This document shows positions 9,503 through 20,263 of a DNA stretch of 64,000 nt, one piece after another. The notes under the pieces are model-generated. The model saw only the letters and a list, made by a program, of their open reading frames with translations. It ran no database searches and had not been told where the DNA came from. The position numbers and the translations under genes were made by a program. Origin of the DNA: a virus; UHGV virus genome UHGV-2113617; one strand, written 5' to 3'. How positions within the stretch are numbered: the first letter of the stretch is position 1; each line of letters begins with the position of its first letter.

Positions 9503-11014
9503 ATGACTGACATTAAAGTACATTTTTATGATTTTAGTCACGTGAGAATTGATTGTGAAGAAAGTACATTTCATGAACTCCGTGATTTCTTTAGCTTTGA
9601 AGCTGATGGGTATCGTTTTAATCCGAAGTACAAATATGGTCATTGGGATGGACGAATCCGTCTTTTAGATTATAATCGCCTTCTTCCATTCGGCTTAGTC
9701 GGGCAAATTAAAAAGTTCTGTGATAACTTTGGCTATAAAGCTTGGATTGACCCACAGATTAACGAAAAAGAAGAATTATCAAGAAAAGATTTTGATGAAT
9801 GGCTTTCTAAATTAGAAATCTATTCAGGAAATAAAAGAATTGAACCGCATTGGTATCAAAAAGATGCAGTGTTCGAAGGATTAGTTAATCGTCGTAGAAT
9901 TCTTAATCTTCCAACATCCGCAGGTAAATCCTTAATTCAAGCTTTGCTTGCGCGTTATTATTTGGAAAATTATGAAGGTAAAATTCTTATCATTGTTCCA
10001 ACAACTGCTTTAACAACTCAGATGGCTGATGACTTCGTTGACTATCGTTTATTCAGTCATGCAATGATAAAGAAAATCGGCGGCGGAGCATCAAAAGATG
10101 ATAAATATAAAAATGATGCACCGGTAATTGTTGGTACATGGCAAACTGTAGTAAAACAACCAAAAGAATGGTTCTCACAGTTTGGAATGATGATGAATGA
10201 TGAATGCCATCTTGCCACAGGAAAAAGTATTTCATCTATCATATCAGGTTTAAATAACTGCATGTTCAAATTTGGTCTATCGGGTTCATTACGTGATGGC
10301 AAAGCTAATATCATGCAGTATGTTGGAATGTTTGGTGAAATATTTAAGCCAGTAACGACTTCTAAATTAATGGAAGATGGACAAGTAACTGAGTTAAAAA
10401 TTAATAGTATTTTTCTTCGTTATCCTGATGAGTTCACTACTAAATTAAAGGGAAAAACTTACCAAGAAGAAATAAAAATTATTACTGGGCTCAGTAAAAG
10501 AAATAAATGGATCGCTAAATTAGCTATTAAACTTGCGCAAAAAGATGAAAACGCTTTTGTCATGTTTAAACATGTATCACATGGTAAAGCTATTTTCGAT
10601 TTAATTAAAAATGAATACGATAAAGTTTATTACGTATCAGGGGAAGTTGATACCGAAACTCGAAACATAATGAAAACCTTAGCTGAAAACGGTAAAGGAA
10701 TAATTATAGTAGCTAGTTATGGTGTATTTTCTACTGGTATTTCAGTTAAAAATCTGCATCACGTTGTTTTAGCACACGGTGTTAAATCTAAAATTATTGT
10801 ATTGCAAACAATAGGTCGTGTATTACGTAAGCATGGTTCTAAAACAATCGCAACGGTCTGGGACCTCATAGATGACGCGGGCGTAGTTTCTAAATCAAAA
10901 ACATCTTCTAAAAAATACTCGCATTTAAACTATCTTTTAAAACATGGACTTGATCGTATTCAGCGTTATGCTGATGAGAAGTTTAATTATGTGATGAAAG
11001 AGGTTAAACTTTGA
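9503..11014 (+). CDS. uvsW: UvsW DNA/RNA helicase
   Basis: 503 aa; DExH box (MMMNDECH); length and position match T4 UvsW. Confidence 0.9.
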   Translation: MTDIKVHFYDFSHVRIDCEESTFHELRDFFSFEADGYRFNPKYKYGHWDGRIRLLDYNRLLPFGLVGQIKKFCDNFGYKAWIDPQINEKEELSRKDFDEWLSKLEIYSGNKRIEPHWYQKDAVFEGLVNRRRILNLPTSAGKSLIQALLARYYLENYEGKILIIVPTTALTTQMADDFVDYRLFSHAMIKKIGGGASKDDKYKNDAPVIVGTWQTVVKQPKEWFSQFGMMMNDECHLATGKSISSIISGLNNCMFKFGLSGSLRDGKANIMQYVGMFGEIFKPVTTSKLMEDGQVTELKINSIFLRYPDEFTTKLKGKTYQEEIKIITGLSKRNKWIAKLAIKLAQKDENAFVMFKHVSHGKAIFDLIKNEYDKVYYVSGEVDTETRNIMKTLAENGKGIIIVASYGVFSTGISVKNLHHVVLAHGVKSKIIVLQTIGRVLRKHGSKTIATVWDLIDDAGVVSKSKTSSKKYSHLNYLLKHGLDRIQRYADEKFNYVMKEVKL

Positions 11015-11703
11015 ATTATAAATTAATATACGATAATTTAATTAATAGAGCCCAGAATCGGGCTCGCCTTAATGGATACACTGAAACTCATCATATAATT
11101 CCTAGATGTATGGGCGGTACAGATGATAAGTGTAATTTGGTAGAACTAACAGCTGAAGAGCATTTTATAGCTCATAAACTTTTAGCTAAAATTCATCCAA
11201 ACCATTACGGTATAATTAAAGCCGTTATATGTATGGGGATGAATTCAAAGACTCATGAAAGACACGTTAATAAATCTTACGCCTGGGAACGTCGTAAAAT
11301 GGCAGAACTTCAATCAGGTGAAGGTAATCCATTTTACGGAAAACACCATACGGAAGAACATAAACAATATATGTCAAAACTCATGAAAAATCGTCCAATT
11401 ACATGGGGAAGTAAAATTAGTAAAACTAAAAGAATGAACCCAACAAAATGGACTGAAGAAGCTAAAAGATTGCATTCTATCAATCAATCAGGTAAAAATA
11501 ATGGCATGTATGGAAGGAAACATTCCGCTAAATCTATTCAGAAAATTAAAGATAATATGCCAGATAATTCAGGAGCTAATAACCCAGCTGCTAAACCTAT
11601 AGAAGTAAATGGTGTTAAGTATAAATGTATGAAAGACGCTTCTAAAGCTACTGGATTATCAATGTACAAACTAAGAATACTTAGAAAAACAGTTAATTTA
11701 TAA
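11011..11703 (+). CDS. free-standing HNH homing endonuclease with NUMOD-like repeats
   Basis: 230 aa; HNH core ETHHIIPRCMGGTDDKCNLVELTAEEH; probable TTG start with SD AAGAGG 7 nt upstream, overlapping the uvsW stop; paralog of ORF 39023..39733. Confidence 0.8.
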   Translation: MNYKLIYDNLINRAQNRARLNGYTETHHIIPRCMGGTDDKCNLVELTAEEHFIAHKLLAKIHPNHYGIIKAVICMGMNSKTHERHVNKSYAWERRKMAELQSGEGNPFYGKHHTEEHKQYMSKLMKNRPITWGSKISKTKRMNPTKWTEEAKRLHSINQSGKNNGMYGRKHSAKSIQKIKDNMPDNSGANNPAAKPIEVNGVKYKCMKDASKATGLSMYKLRILRKTVNL

Positions 11704-11716
11704 GGGCTTCGGCCCT

Positions 11717-11959
11717 TTGGAGAAAAAGATGTTACTAGAATTTAAACAATTTCTTTATGAAGCTTCTATTGATGAATTTATGGGTAAAATTGCCTCTTGC
11801 CAAACATTAGAAGGTCTAGAAGAACTTGAAGCTTATTATAAGAAAAGAGTTAAAGAAACTGAATTAAAAGATACTGATGACATCTCAGTTAGAGATGCTT
11901 TGGCAGGAAAAAGAGCTGAATTAGAAGATTCAGACGATGAAGTAGAAGAAAGCTTTTAA
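11717..11959 (+). CDS. hypothetical acidic protein (uvsW.1-like position)
   Basis: 80 aa ORF directly after the HNH gene. Confidence 0.5.
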   Translation: MEKKMLLEFKQFLYEASIDEFMGKIASCQTLEGLEELEAYYKKRVKETELKDTDDISVRDALAGKRAELEDSDDEVEESF

Positions 11960-11964
11960 ATTAA

Positions 11965-11995
11965 AAAAGGCCCAACCAAAAAGGAAGGGCCAAAA
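11965..11995 (-). terminator. weak hairpin plus T-run on minus strand downstream of the uvsY operon
   Basis: GGCCC...GGGCC stem with long loop followed by TTTTTTAATTT on minus strand. Confidence 0.3.
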
Positions 11996-12014
11996 CTATA
12001 GACTAAAGGTCACA

Positions 12015-12182
12015 CTATAGCAAAAGTTGTGTTTCATTTAATTGTTCTTCAGAACTTTCTGAAACTGGTAGTTCTTTAATGTAATTATAGCAAGGCCCAG
12101 GATGTACAGGACCTTTGTCTGTTTCAACAACCAATGCAGAATCGATTGGAGTTTTACAGACAACACAAATCTTATCTGACAT
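12015..12182 (-). CDS. small Cys-containing protein (possible zinc ribbon), not in ORF track (<60 aa)
   Basis: 55 aa MSDKICVVCKTPIDSALVVETDKGPVHPGPCYNY...; strong SD GAGGAG 7 nt upstream of ATG. Confidence 0.45.
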   Translation of the reverse strand: MSDKICVVCKTPIDSALVVETDKGPVHPGPCYNYIKELPVSESSEEQLNETQLLL

Positions 12183-12210
12183 GATTGTCTCCTCTAAATT
12201 ATATATCTAT

Positions 12211-12435
12211 TTATATATCTCTCATATGCATATCAATGCCCATATCTTTAGAATAAAAATATTCATCAAGATATCCGGCAAATTTTCCTTTAATATAAAG
12301 TACATCTTCACCGCATGGGTGGTCGGCCAGGATACGAATATCCTGACGCTTGAGATTATACTTTTTCATTAAGAATTGAATTTCCGTTTCGAATTCTTCT
12401 TCATAATTAAAAGCATCGTCAATGCTATATTTCAT
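12211..12435 (-). CDS. hypothetical protein downstream of uvsY
   Basis: 74 aa ORF, start overlaps uvsY stop. Confidence 0.55.
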   Translation of the reverse strand: MKYSIDDAFNYEEEFETEIQFLMKKYNLKRQDIRILADHPCGEDVLYIKGKFAGYLDEYFYSKDMGIDMHMRDI

Positions 12436-12848
12436 TATTTTCCAGCCTCAAATGCTCGCATGTCTTGAATATGCTTAATAGCAAATCCGCGTGATTTAAT
12501 AGCATCAAGAGCTCTGCTACAGAAATCCAATAAAATCCCCCAATATTGTAATGAAGTATCAACTTTTAAAACATCCTTATCAGCTGATAGAACTGTCTTC
12601 ATTTCTGATTTCTCGTAACGATCCATACTAAATTCATCACCATCTCCTCGTCCCGAGTAGTAATCTAATTTAGCTTTAAGAGCAACTTTTTTCTGTGCTT
12701 CAATTCTAAGCATTTCCTTTTTAATACTTGAATGCTTATTAAGCCATTTACTATATAACATCACATTATTAGCTGCTTCATACTGTAATTTAGTCGAATC
12801 TATAAACACATCTTTCTTCAATTCTTCTTGAAGATCTTCTAATTTCAT
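12435..12848 (-). CDS. uvsY: UvsY recombination mediator
   Basis: 137 aa, same as T4 UvsY; adjacent to gene 25. Confidence 0.85.
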   Translation of the reverse strand: MKLEDLQEELKKDVFIDSTKLQYEAANNVMLYSKWLNKHSSIKKEMLRIEAQKKVALKAKLDYYSGRGDGDEFSMDRYEKSEMKTVLSADKDVLKVDTSLQYWGILLDFCSRALDAIKSRGFAIKHIQDMRAFEAGK

Positions 12849-12888
12849 ATTGTTCTCTATTCAATTGTTATTGGATGGACTTAGATTC

Positions 12889-12914
12889 ATTATACCACGT
12901 TTATACGTGAAGCA
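12889..12914 (-). promoter_or_regulatory. MotA-dependent middle promoter of uvsY
   Basis: On minus strand AATGCTTCA (MotA box), 15 nt gap, then TATAAT; matches MotA box centred near -30 plus sigma70 -10. Confidence 0.65.
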
Positions 12915-13313
12915 TTATACTCTGTTACTAGAAGCCAGTTGCAGTTTTATCTGCTCAATATCATCAGGGTTATCGATGACCGAAAAGCGTATTTCTACTA
13001 TAAGAGTATAATCATCATAAACTGGTATTACATTAACTGCTAATTTATCAATACGCGGCTCATAGTTTCTTACTGCGCTTTCGATGTTACGCTCAACTGT
13101 ATCAGCAGTAAGAGGAGTCATATTCTCAAAAAGTTGATCAGATAAATCGCATCCAAATTCTGGGTCAAATGGCCTTGACCCTTTTCTGGTTGTAATAATT
13201 CCCAAAAGGCTATTTTTAATTGACCTTAATCCAAGAGATCTAGAAACATCTTTGTCCCAATCCATTTTCATTTCTGGGTCAATGTCAGAATAAAGCTTAT
13301 TAATATTTGCCAT
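12915..13313 (-). CDS. 25: baseplate wedge protein gp25
   Basis: 132 aa, same as T4 gp25. Confidence 0.85.
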   Translation of the reverse strand: MANINKLYSDIDPEMKMDWDKDVSRSLGLRSIKNSLLGIITTRKGSRPFDPEFGCDLSDQLFENMTPLTADTVERNIESAVRNYEPRIDKLAVNVIPVYDDYTLIVEIRFSVIDNPDDIEQIKLQLASSNRV

Positions 13314-13939
13314 TACAATAGCTCAAAGAATTCTTTGAGTCCTCTTATTACATGAGCGTGAGTTTTTCCACACTCTGGACACTTAATTGGAACAGCCAAA
13401 TAAACAGTAGGCTTTAAAAGCATATCTTTTATAGCTACAATATCTGACTCTGTGATGATAGAATATAAATCTTCCAGTTCCTTTTCATTTAAGTCTTCAA
13501 CTGGAATGCTTTCCCCGTTAGCATGAATCGTTTCTATGCATGATACTATCATGTGGGCTATATTTTTATCATCAAAAATTTTAGGGTAATGGAACTTAAT
13601 TTTAATGTCACCCAGTGTATACCAGAGGTCTTCTGGTGCATCTATTTGTGTATGTAATAGATTTATATGGGTTGGTATTTCAGTTCCGCAGGTGCACTTC
13701 CAGGAGTTTTCGTGATTAACTTCTCCAAGAGAGTGTGCCCATAAATGAATCAGCAGTAGTTCTGATTCTTGGCGGTTTAAATCTTTTGCATTTGTGCAGT
13801 CTTTGATTAGCTTTTTAACAATCTCTTCGACTGAACCGTTCTTTTTAGCAGTAATAAGTTCTAGATATTCTTTAAGAGTAAATGCGCGACAGTTGATTAT
13901 TTTAGAACCAACTCTCACGTCAAATTTGTATTCATACAT
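13313..13939 (-). CDS. 26: baseplate hub protein gp26
   Basis: 208 aa, same as T4 gp26. Confidence 0.8.
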   Translation of the reverse strand: MYEYKFDVRVGSKIINCRAFTLKEYLELITAKKNGSVEEIVKKLIKDCTNAKDLNRQESELLLIHLWAHSLGEVNHENSWKCTCGTEIPTHINLLHTQIDAPEDLWYTLGDIKIKFHYPKIFDDKNIAHMIVSCIETIHANGESIPVEDLNEKELEDLYSIITESDIVAIKDMLLKPTVYLAVPIKCPECGKTHAHVIRGLKEFFELL

Positions 13940-13960
13940 ATTTAGCTCCTTTATTTATCA

Positions 13961-13972
13961 TATTTATAAATA
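13961..13972. promoter_or_regulatory. divergent late promoters sharing palindromic TATTTATAAATA
   Basis: TATAAATA reads on plus strand (13965-13972, toward gene 51) and on minus strand (13961-13968, toward gene 26). Confidence 0.65.
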
Positions 13973-13989
13973 GAATAAAAGGAGCATCT

Positions 13990-14739
13990 ATGGCAAACAT
14001 TATTCGTTGTAAATTACCAGATGGTGTTCATCGTTTTAAACCATTTACGGTAGAAGATTATCGAGATTTTTTGTTAGTTCGAAACGATATAGAACATCGG
14101 TCACCACAAGAACAAAAAGAAATAATTGCTGACTTAATTGCCGATTATTTTGGAGACTATCCGAAGACTTGGCAACCATTTATATTTTTGCAGGTATTTG
14201 TAGGGTCAATAGGTAAAACTAAAGTACCGGTCACATTTGTATGTCCAAAATGTAAAAAAGAAAAGACAGTTCCATTTGAAATATATCAAAAAGAATTAAA
14301 GGAACCTGTTTTTGATGTAGCTAATGTTAAAATTAAATTAAAGTTTCCTTCTGAGTTTTATGAAAATAAAGCAAAGATGATTACTGAAAATATTCATTCT
14401 GTTCAAGTAGATGAAACATGGTATGATTGGAAGGAAATTAGTGAATCAAGTCAAATAGAACTTGTTGATGCCATCGAGATAGAAACATTAGAAAAAATTC
14501 TCGATGCAATGAATCCTATTAATTTAACATTGCATATGTTCTGCTGTGATAAGTATGTAAAAAAATACACTGATATAGTAGATGTGTTTAAGCTATTAGT
14601 TAACCCAGATGAGATATTTACTTTTTATCAAATTAATCACACACTTGTAAAAAGTAATTATAGCTTAAATTCAATAATGAAAATGATTCCTGCCGAGCGC
14701 GGATTCGTATTAAAACTGATTGAGAAGGATAAACAATAA
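13990..14739 (+). CDS. 51: baseplate hub assembly catalyst gp51
   Basis: 249 aa, same as T4 gp51. Confidence 0.8.
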   Translation: MANIIRCKLPDGVHRFKPFTVEDYRDFLLVRNDIEHRSPQEQKEIIADLIADYFGDYPKTWQPFIFLQVFVGSIGKTKVPVTFVCPKCKKEKTVPFEIYQKELKEPVFDVANVKIKLKFPSEFYENKAKMITENIHSVQVDETWYDWKEISESSQIELVDAIEIETLEKILDAMNPINLTLHMFCCDKYVKKYTDIVDVFKLLVNPDEIFTFYQINHTLVKSNYSLNSIMKMIPAERGFVLKLIEKDKQ

Positions 14740-15914
14740 TGAGTATGTTGCAACGCCCAGGATATCCAAATCTCAGCGTTAAATTATTTGATAGCTACGA
14801 CGCTTGGAGTAATAATAGATTTGTTGAATTAGCTGCTACTATTACCACATTAACTATGCGGGATTCTCTTTATGGCCGAAATGAAGGAATGCTGCAGTTT
14901 TATGATTCTAAAAACATTCATACAAAAATGGATGGAAATGAAATAATTCAGATTTCTGTAGCTAATGCAAACGATATTAATAATGTTAAAACAAGAATTT
15001 ATGGATGTAAGCATTTTTCCGTATCAGTAGATTCAAAGGGTGATAACATCATTGCTATTGAATTGGGAACTATTCATTCTATAGAAAATCTTAAATTTGG
15101 CAGACCGTTTTTTCCTGATGCAGGTGAATCTATAAAGGAAATGCTTGGTGTCATTTATCAAGACCGCACACTATTAACTCCAGCAATAAATGCTATAAAT
15201 GCTTATGTTCCTGATATTCCGTGGACTAGCACATTTGAAAACTATTTGTCATATGTCAGAGAAGTTGCTCTAGCTGTAGGAAGTGACAAATTTGTATTTG
15301 TATGGCAAGACATCATGGGAGTTAACATGATGGATTATGATATGATGATAAATCAAGAACCATATCCAATGATTGTCGGTGAGCCATCTTTAATAGGTCA
15401 ATTCATCCAAGAATTAAAATATCCATTAGCATATGATTTCGTTTGGTTGACTAAATCGAATCCTCACAAACGTGACCCAATGAAAAACGCTACTATCTAC
15501 GCGCATTCATTTTTAGATTCTTCATTGCCAATGATTACTACAGGAAAAGGTGAAAACTCTATTGTAGTGTCAAGGTCAGGTGCTTATTCTGAAATGACTT
15601 ATAGGAACGGATACGAAGAAGCTATTCGTCTTCAAACTATGGCGCAATATGACGGCTATGCTAAATGTTCTACTGTCGGTAATTTTAACTTGACTCCTGG
15701 CGTTAAAATTATTTTTAATGATAGTAAAAACCAATTTAAAACGGAATTTTACGTTGATGAAGTTATTCACGAATTATCCAATAATAATTCAGTAACTCAT
15801 CTATATATGTTCACTAATGCAACGAAACTGGAAACAATAGACCCAGTTAAGGTTAAAAATGAATTTAAATCTGATACTACCACTGAAGAAAGTAGTTCTT
15901 CCAATAAGCAATAA
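14739..15914 (+). CDS. 27: baseplate hub protein gp27
   Basis: 391 aa, same as T4 gp27. Confidence 0.85.
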   Translation: MSMLQRPGYPNLSVKLFDSYDAWSNNRFVELAATITTLTMRDSLYGRNEGMLQFYDSKNIHTKMDGNEIIQISVANANDINNVKTRIYGCKHFSVSVDSKGDNIIAIELGTIHSIENLKFGRPFFPDAGESIKEMLGVIYQDRTLLTPAINAINAYVPDIPWTSTFENYLSYVREVALAVGSDKFVFVWQDIMGVNMMDYDMMINQEPYPMIVGEPSLIGQFIQELKYPLAYDFVWLTKSNPHKRDPMKNATIYAHSFLDSSLPMITTGKGENSIVVSRSGAYSEMTYRNGYEEAIRLQTMAQYDGYAKCSTVGNFNLTPGVKIIFNDSKNQFKTEFYVDEVIHELSNNNSVTHLYMFTNATKLETIDPVKVKNEFKSDTTTEESSSSNKQ

Positions 15915-16392
15915 AGAAGTTTCTATTCCTAAAATGGGTCTTAAACACTATAACATTTTAAAAGATGTTAAAGGTCCTGATGAAAATTTAAAACTTCTTA
16001 TTGATTCTATTTGTCCGAATTTATCACCGGCAGAAGTTGATTTCGTTTCTATTCATTTATTGGAATTTAATGGAAAGATTAAATCTCGTAAAGAAATAGA
16101 TGGTTATACTTATGACATTAATGATGTCTATGTATGCCAAAGATTGGAATTTCAATACCAAGGAAATACATTTTATTTTAGACCTCCTGGAAAATTTGAA
16201 CAATTTTTAACTGTGAGCGATATGTTATCCAAATGCTTGCTTAAGGTCAATGATGAAGTTAAAGAAATTAATTTTCTTGAGATGCCAGCATTCGTTTTAA
16301 AATGGGCAAATGATATTTTTACAACTTTAGCAATTCCTGGCCCTAATGGTCCAATAACCGGAATTGGCAATATTATTGGATTATTTGAATGA
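15859..16392 (+). CDS. 28: baseplate hub distal subunit gp28
   Basis: 177 aa, same as T4 gp28; overlaps gene 27 end. Confidence 0.8.
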   Translation: MNLNLILPLKKVVLPISNKEVSIPKMGLKHYNILKDVKGPDENLKLLIDSICPNLSPAEVDFVSIHLLEFNGKIKSRKEIDGYTYDINDVYVCQRLEFQYQGNTFYFRPPGKFEQFLTVSDMLSKCLLKVNDEVKEINFLEMPAFVLKWANDIFTTLAIPGPNGPITGIGNIIGLFE

Positions 16393-18161
16393 AAAAGCCA
16401 CAAGAAATGCAAACGATGCGTAGAAAAGTTATTTCAGATAATAAACCAACACAGGAAGCGGCTAAATCCGCTTCCAATACTTTATCTGGACTTAACGATA
16501 TATCTACGAAATTGGATGATGCTCAAGCTGCTTCTGAATTAATTGCTCAAACTGTCGAAGAAAAATCGAATGAAATAATTGGAGCAATTGACAATGTAGA
16601 AAGCGCAGTGAGTGATACTACTGCTGGTTCTGAGTTAATTGCTGAAACTGTCGAAATTGGCAACAATATTAATAAAGAAATCGGTGAATCACTCGGGAGC
16701 AAATTAGATAAATTAACAAGTTTACTAGAGCAAAAAATTCAGACAGCCGGAATTCAACAAACAGGAACTAGTTTAGCTACGGTTGAAAGCGCTATTCCTG
16801 TTAAAGTTGTTGAGGATGATACATCTGAATCTGTGGGTCCTTTATTACCGGCTCCTGAAGCAGTTAATAATGATCCTGATGCTGATTTTTTCCCTACCCC
16901 TCAGCCAGTTGAGCCCAAACAAGAATCGCCAGAAGAAAAACAGAAAAAAGACGCATTTAACTTAAAATTATCTCAAGCTTTAGATAAATTAACAAAGACT
17001 GTTGATTTTGGATTTAAGAAATCCATTTCAATTACTGATAAAATATCAAGCATGTTATTTAAGTATACCGTCAGTGCTGCTATTGAAGCTGCTAAAATGA
17101 CTGCAATGATATTGGCTGTTGTTGTTGGAATAGACCTGTTGATGGTTCATTTCAAATATTGGTCAGATAAATTTTCACAGGCTTGGGATTTGTTCAGTAC
17201 AGACTTTACTAAATTCTCTAGCGAAACCGGAACATGGGGTCCTTTATTACAGAGCATCTTTAGTTCTATTGATGAAATTAAAAAATTCTGGGAAGCGGGA
17301 GATTGGGGCGGTTTGACGGTAGCTATTGTAGAAGGGCTTGGAAAGGTTCTTTATAATTTAGGAGAACTTATTCAGCTTGGAATGGCTAAATTATCTGCGG
17401 CAATTCTTCGAGTTATTCCTGGTATGAAGGATACCGCTGATGAAGTAGAAGGAAGAGCGCTAGAAAATTTCCAAAATACTACAAATGCTTCTCTTAACAA
17501 AGAAGACCAAGAAAAAGTTGCAAACTATCAATATAAAAGAATGAATGGAGAACTTGGTCCGATAGCAAAAGGACTAGACAAAATTGCGAACTGGAAAACT
17601 CGTGCATCTAACTGGATTCGTGGTGTTGATAATAAAGAAGCACTAACGACTGATGAAGAGAGAGCAGAGGAAGAAGAAAAATTAAAGCAACTTTCTCCGG
17701 AGGAAGCTAAAATTGCTTTAATGAAAGCTAATGAAGCTCGTGCTGCTATGAATCGTTTTGATGAATATGCTGATTCAGCTGATATGAGTAAAGACTCAAC
17801 AGTTAAATCAGTTGAAGCTGCCTATGAAGACCTTAAAAAACGGATGGATGACCCGGATTTAAATAATTCACCGGCAGTTAAAAAAGAACTTGCTGCTAGA
17901 TTTTCTAAAATTGATGCTACTTATCAAGAGCTCAAGAAAAATCAGCCTAATGCCAAACCTGAAACTTCTGCTAAATCTCCAGAAGCAAAACAAGTCCAGG
18001 TAATAGAAAAGAACAAAGCACAACAAGCTCCTGTTCAACAAGCATCTCCTTCAATCAATAATACTAATAATGTTATTAAGAAAAATACTGTCGTTCATAA
18101 TATGACACCCGTAACGAGCACGACTGCTCCTGGTGTATTTGATGCGACTGGAGTTAATTAA
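16389..18161 (+). CDS. 29: baseplate hub / tail length determinator gp29
   Basis: 590 aa, same as T4 gp29. Confidence 0.85.
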   Translation: MKKPQEMQTMRRKVISDNKPTQEAAKSASNTLSGLNDISTKLDDAQAASELIAQTVEEKSNEIIGAIDNVESAVSDTTAGSELIAETVEIGNNINKEIGESLGSKLDKLTSLLEQKIQTAGIQQTGTSLATVESAIPVKVVEDDTSESVGPLLPAPEAVNNDPDADFFPTPQPVEPKQESPEEKQKKDAFNLKLSQALDKLTKTVDFGFKKSISITDKISSMLFKYTVSAAIEAAKMTAMILAVVVGIDLLMVHFKYWSDKFSQAWDLFSTDFTKFSSETGTWGPLLQSIFSSIDEIKKFWEAGDWGGLTVAIVEGLGKVLYNLGELIQLGMAKLSAAILRVIPGMKDTADEVEGRALENFQNTTNASLNKEDQEKVANYQYKRMNGELGPIAKGLDKIANWKTRASNWIRGVDNKEALTTDEERAEEEEKLKQLSPEEAKIALMKANEARAAMNRFDEYADSADMSKDSTVKSVEAAYEDLKKRMDDPDLNNSPAVKKELAARFSKIDATYQELKKNQPNAKPETSAKSPEAKQVQVIEKNKAQQAPVQQASPSINNTNNVIKKNTVVHNMTPVTSTTAPGVFDATGVN

Positions 18162-18169
18162 GGAATAAT

Positions 18170-19264
18170 ATGGCAATTGTTAAAGAAATAACTGCTGATT
18201 TAATTAAAAAGTCCGGTGAGAAAATTTCAGCCGGACAGAGTACTAAATCAGAAGTAGGAACTAAAACATACACTGCCCAGTTTCCAACTGGGCGTGCTAG
18301 TGGTAATGACACTACAGGGGACTTCCAGGTAACAGATCTATATAAGAATGGATTATTATTTACTGCATACAATATGTCATCTAGGGATTCTGGAAGTCTT
18401 AGATCGATGAGATCTAACTACTCTTCTTCATCTTCGAGTATTTTACGTACAGCCAGAAACACTATCAGTAATACAGTATCAAAACTGTCAAATGGATTAA
18501 TATCAGATAATAATTCAGGAACAATAAGTAAAGCTCCTGTCGCAAACATTCTTTTACCAAGATCTAAATCCGATGTTGATACATCATCACATAGATTTAA
18601 TGATGTTCAAGAAAGTCTTATCAGTAGAGGTGGAGGAACTGCTACTGGTGTGCTAAGTAATATTGCTTCAACTGCAGTATTTGGGGCACTGGAAAGTATA
18701 ACACAAGGTATAATGGCTGATAATAATGAACAGATTTATACGACAGCCAGAAGTATGTATGGCGGCGCTGAGAATAGAACTAAAGTGTTTACATGGGATT
18801 TGACTCCACGTTCAACAGAAGATTTAATGGCTATTATTAATATCTATCAATATTTTAACTATTTTTCTTATGGTGAAACGGGCAAATCTCAATATGCTGC
18901 TGAAATAAAGGGGTATTTAGATGATTGGTATCGTTCTACGTTAATTGAACCTTTATCTCCGGAAGACGCAGCTAAAAATAAAACACTATTTGAGAAAATG
19001 ACATCGAGTTTAACTAACGTTCTAGTAGTTTCAAACCCGACAATTTGGATGGTGAAAAACTTTGGTGCAACATCTAAGTTTGATGGAAAAACGGAAATAT
19101 TTGGCCCATGCCAAATACAAAGCATCAGATTTGATAAAACGCCTAATGGTAACTTTAACGGATTAGCTATTGCTCCAAACCTCCCTAGTACATTTACTCT
19201 TGAGATTACTATGAGAGAAATTATCACGTTAAACCGTGCTTCTTTATATGCGGGGACTTTTTAA
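18170..19264 (+). CDS. 48: baseplate-tail tube junction protein gp48
   Basis: 364 aa, same as T4 gp48. Confidence 0.85.
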   Translation: MAIVKEITADLIKKSGEKISAGQSTKSEVGTKTYTAQFPTGRASGNDTTGDFQVTDLYKNGLLFTAYNMSSRDSGSLRSMRSNYSSSSSSILRTARNTISNTVSKLSNGLISDNNSGTISKAPVANILLPRSKSDVDTSSHRFNDVQESLISRGGGTATGVLSNIASTAVFGALESITQGIMADNNEQIYTTARSMYGGAENRTKVFTWDLTPRSTEDLMAIINIYQYFNYFSYGETGKSQYAAEIKGYLDDWYRSTLIEPLSPEDAAKNKTLFEKMTSSLTNVLVVSNPTIWMVKNFGATSKFDGKTEIFGPCQIQSIRFDKTPNGNFNGLAIAPNLPSTFTLEITMREIITLNRASLYAGTF

Positions 19265-20229
19265 TGTATTCTTTAGAGGAATTTAATAATCAAGCAATAA
19301 ACGCAGATTTCCAACGTAATAATATGTTTAGCTGTGTTTTTGCGACAACTCCATCAACTAAAAGCTCTTCGTTGATAAGTTCAATTAGCAACTTTTCTTA
19401 TAATAACTTGGGTCTAAATTCAGATTGGTTAGGATTGACTCAAGGCGATATTAATCAGGGAATTACCACGCTAATTACAGCTGGCACACAAAAACTGATA
19501 AGAAAATCAGGGGTTAGTAAATATCTTATTGGTGCCATGAGTCAACGTACAGTTCAAAGTTTATTGGGCTCATTTACAGTTGGTACATATTTAATTGACT
19601 TCTTTAACATGGCATATAACTCATCTGGATTGATGATATATTCGGTAAAAATGCCAGAGAATAGATTATCCTATGAAACTGACTGGAACTATAATTCCCC
19701 TAATATTCGTATAACTGGGAGAGAATTAGACCCTTTGGTTATTTCATTTAGGATGGATTCAGAAGCATGTAATTATCGTGCGATGCAAGACTGGGTTAAT
19801 GCTGTTCAAGACCCGGTAACTGGATTACGTGCTTTACCGCAAGATGTTGAAGCAGATATTCAAGTTAATCTTCATGCTCGCAATGGATTGCCTCATACTG
19901 CGGTGATGTTCACTGGATGCATTCCGGTGTCAGTGAGCGCTCCTGAGTTATCATATGATGGAGATAATCAAATAACTACATTTGATGTTACTTTTGCGTA
20001 TAGAGTCATGCAGGCTGGAGCAGTTGATAGACAAGCTGCGCTTGAATGGCTTGAATCTGCTGCTATAAACGGTATTCAAAGCGTTCTCGGAAATAGTGGA
20101 GGTGTTACTGGACTATCTAATTCGCTTTCACGACTTAGTAGATTGGGAGGAACTGCTGGAAGCATTTCAAACATTAATACTATGACGGGAATTGTCAATT
20201 CGCAAAGTAAAATATTAGGAGCAATATAA
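19264..20229 (+). CDS. 54: baseplate-tail tube initiator gp54
   Basis: 321 aa, matches T4 gp54. Confidence 0.85.
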   Translation: MYSLEEFNNQAINADFQRNNMFSCVFATTPSTKSSSLISSISNFSYNNLGLNSDWLGLTQGDINQGITTLITAGTQKLIRKSGVSKYLIGAMSQRTVQSLLGSFTVGTYLIDFFNMAYNSSGLMIYSVKMPENRLSYETDWNYNSPNIRITGRELDPLVISFRMDSEACNYRAMQDWVNAVQDPVTGLRALPQDVEADIQVNLHARNGLPHTAVMFTGCIPVSVSAPELSYDGDNQITTFDVTFAYRVMQAGAVDRQAALEWLESAAINGIQSVLGNSGGVTGLSNSLSRLSRLGGTAGSISNINTMTGIVNSQSKILGAI

Positions 20230-20233
20230 CAAT

Positions 20234-20263
20234 GGGGACCTTTCGGTCCCCATGTTTTTATTT
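20234..20263 (+). terminator. intrinsic terminator after gene 54
   Basis: GGGGACC-TTTC-GGTCCCC hairpin followed by ATGTTTTTATTT. Confidence 0.75.

Noticed and set aside
12115-12372. 85 aa plus-strand ORF
   Set aside because: Overlaps the minus-strand small genes downstream of uvsY; hydrophobic low-complexity translation of AT-rich sequence.
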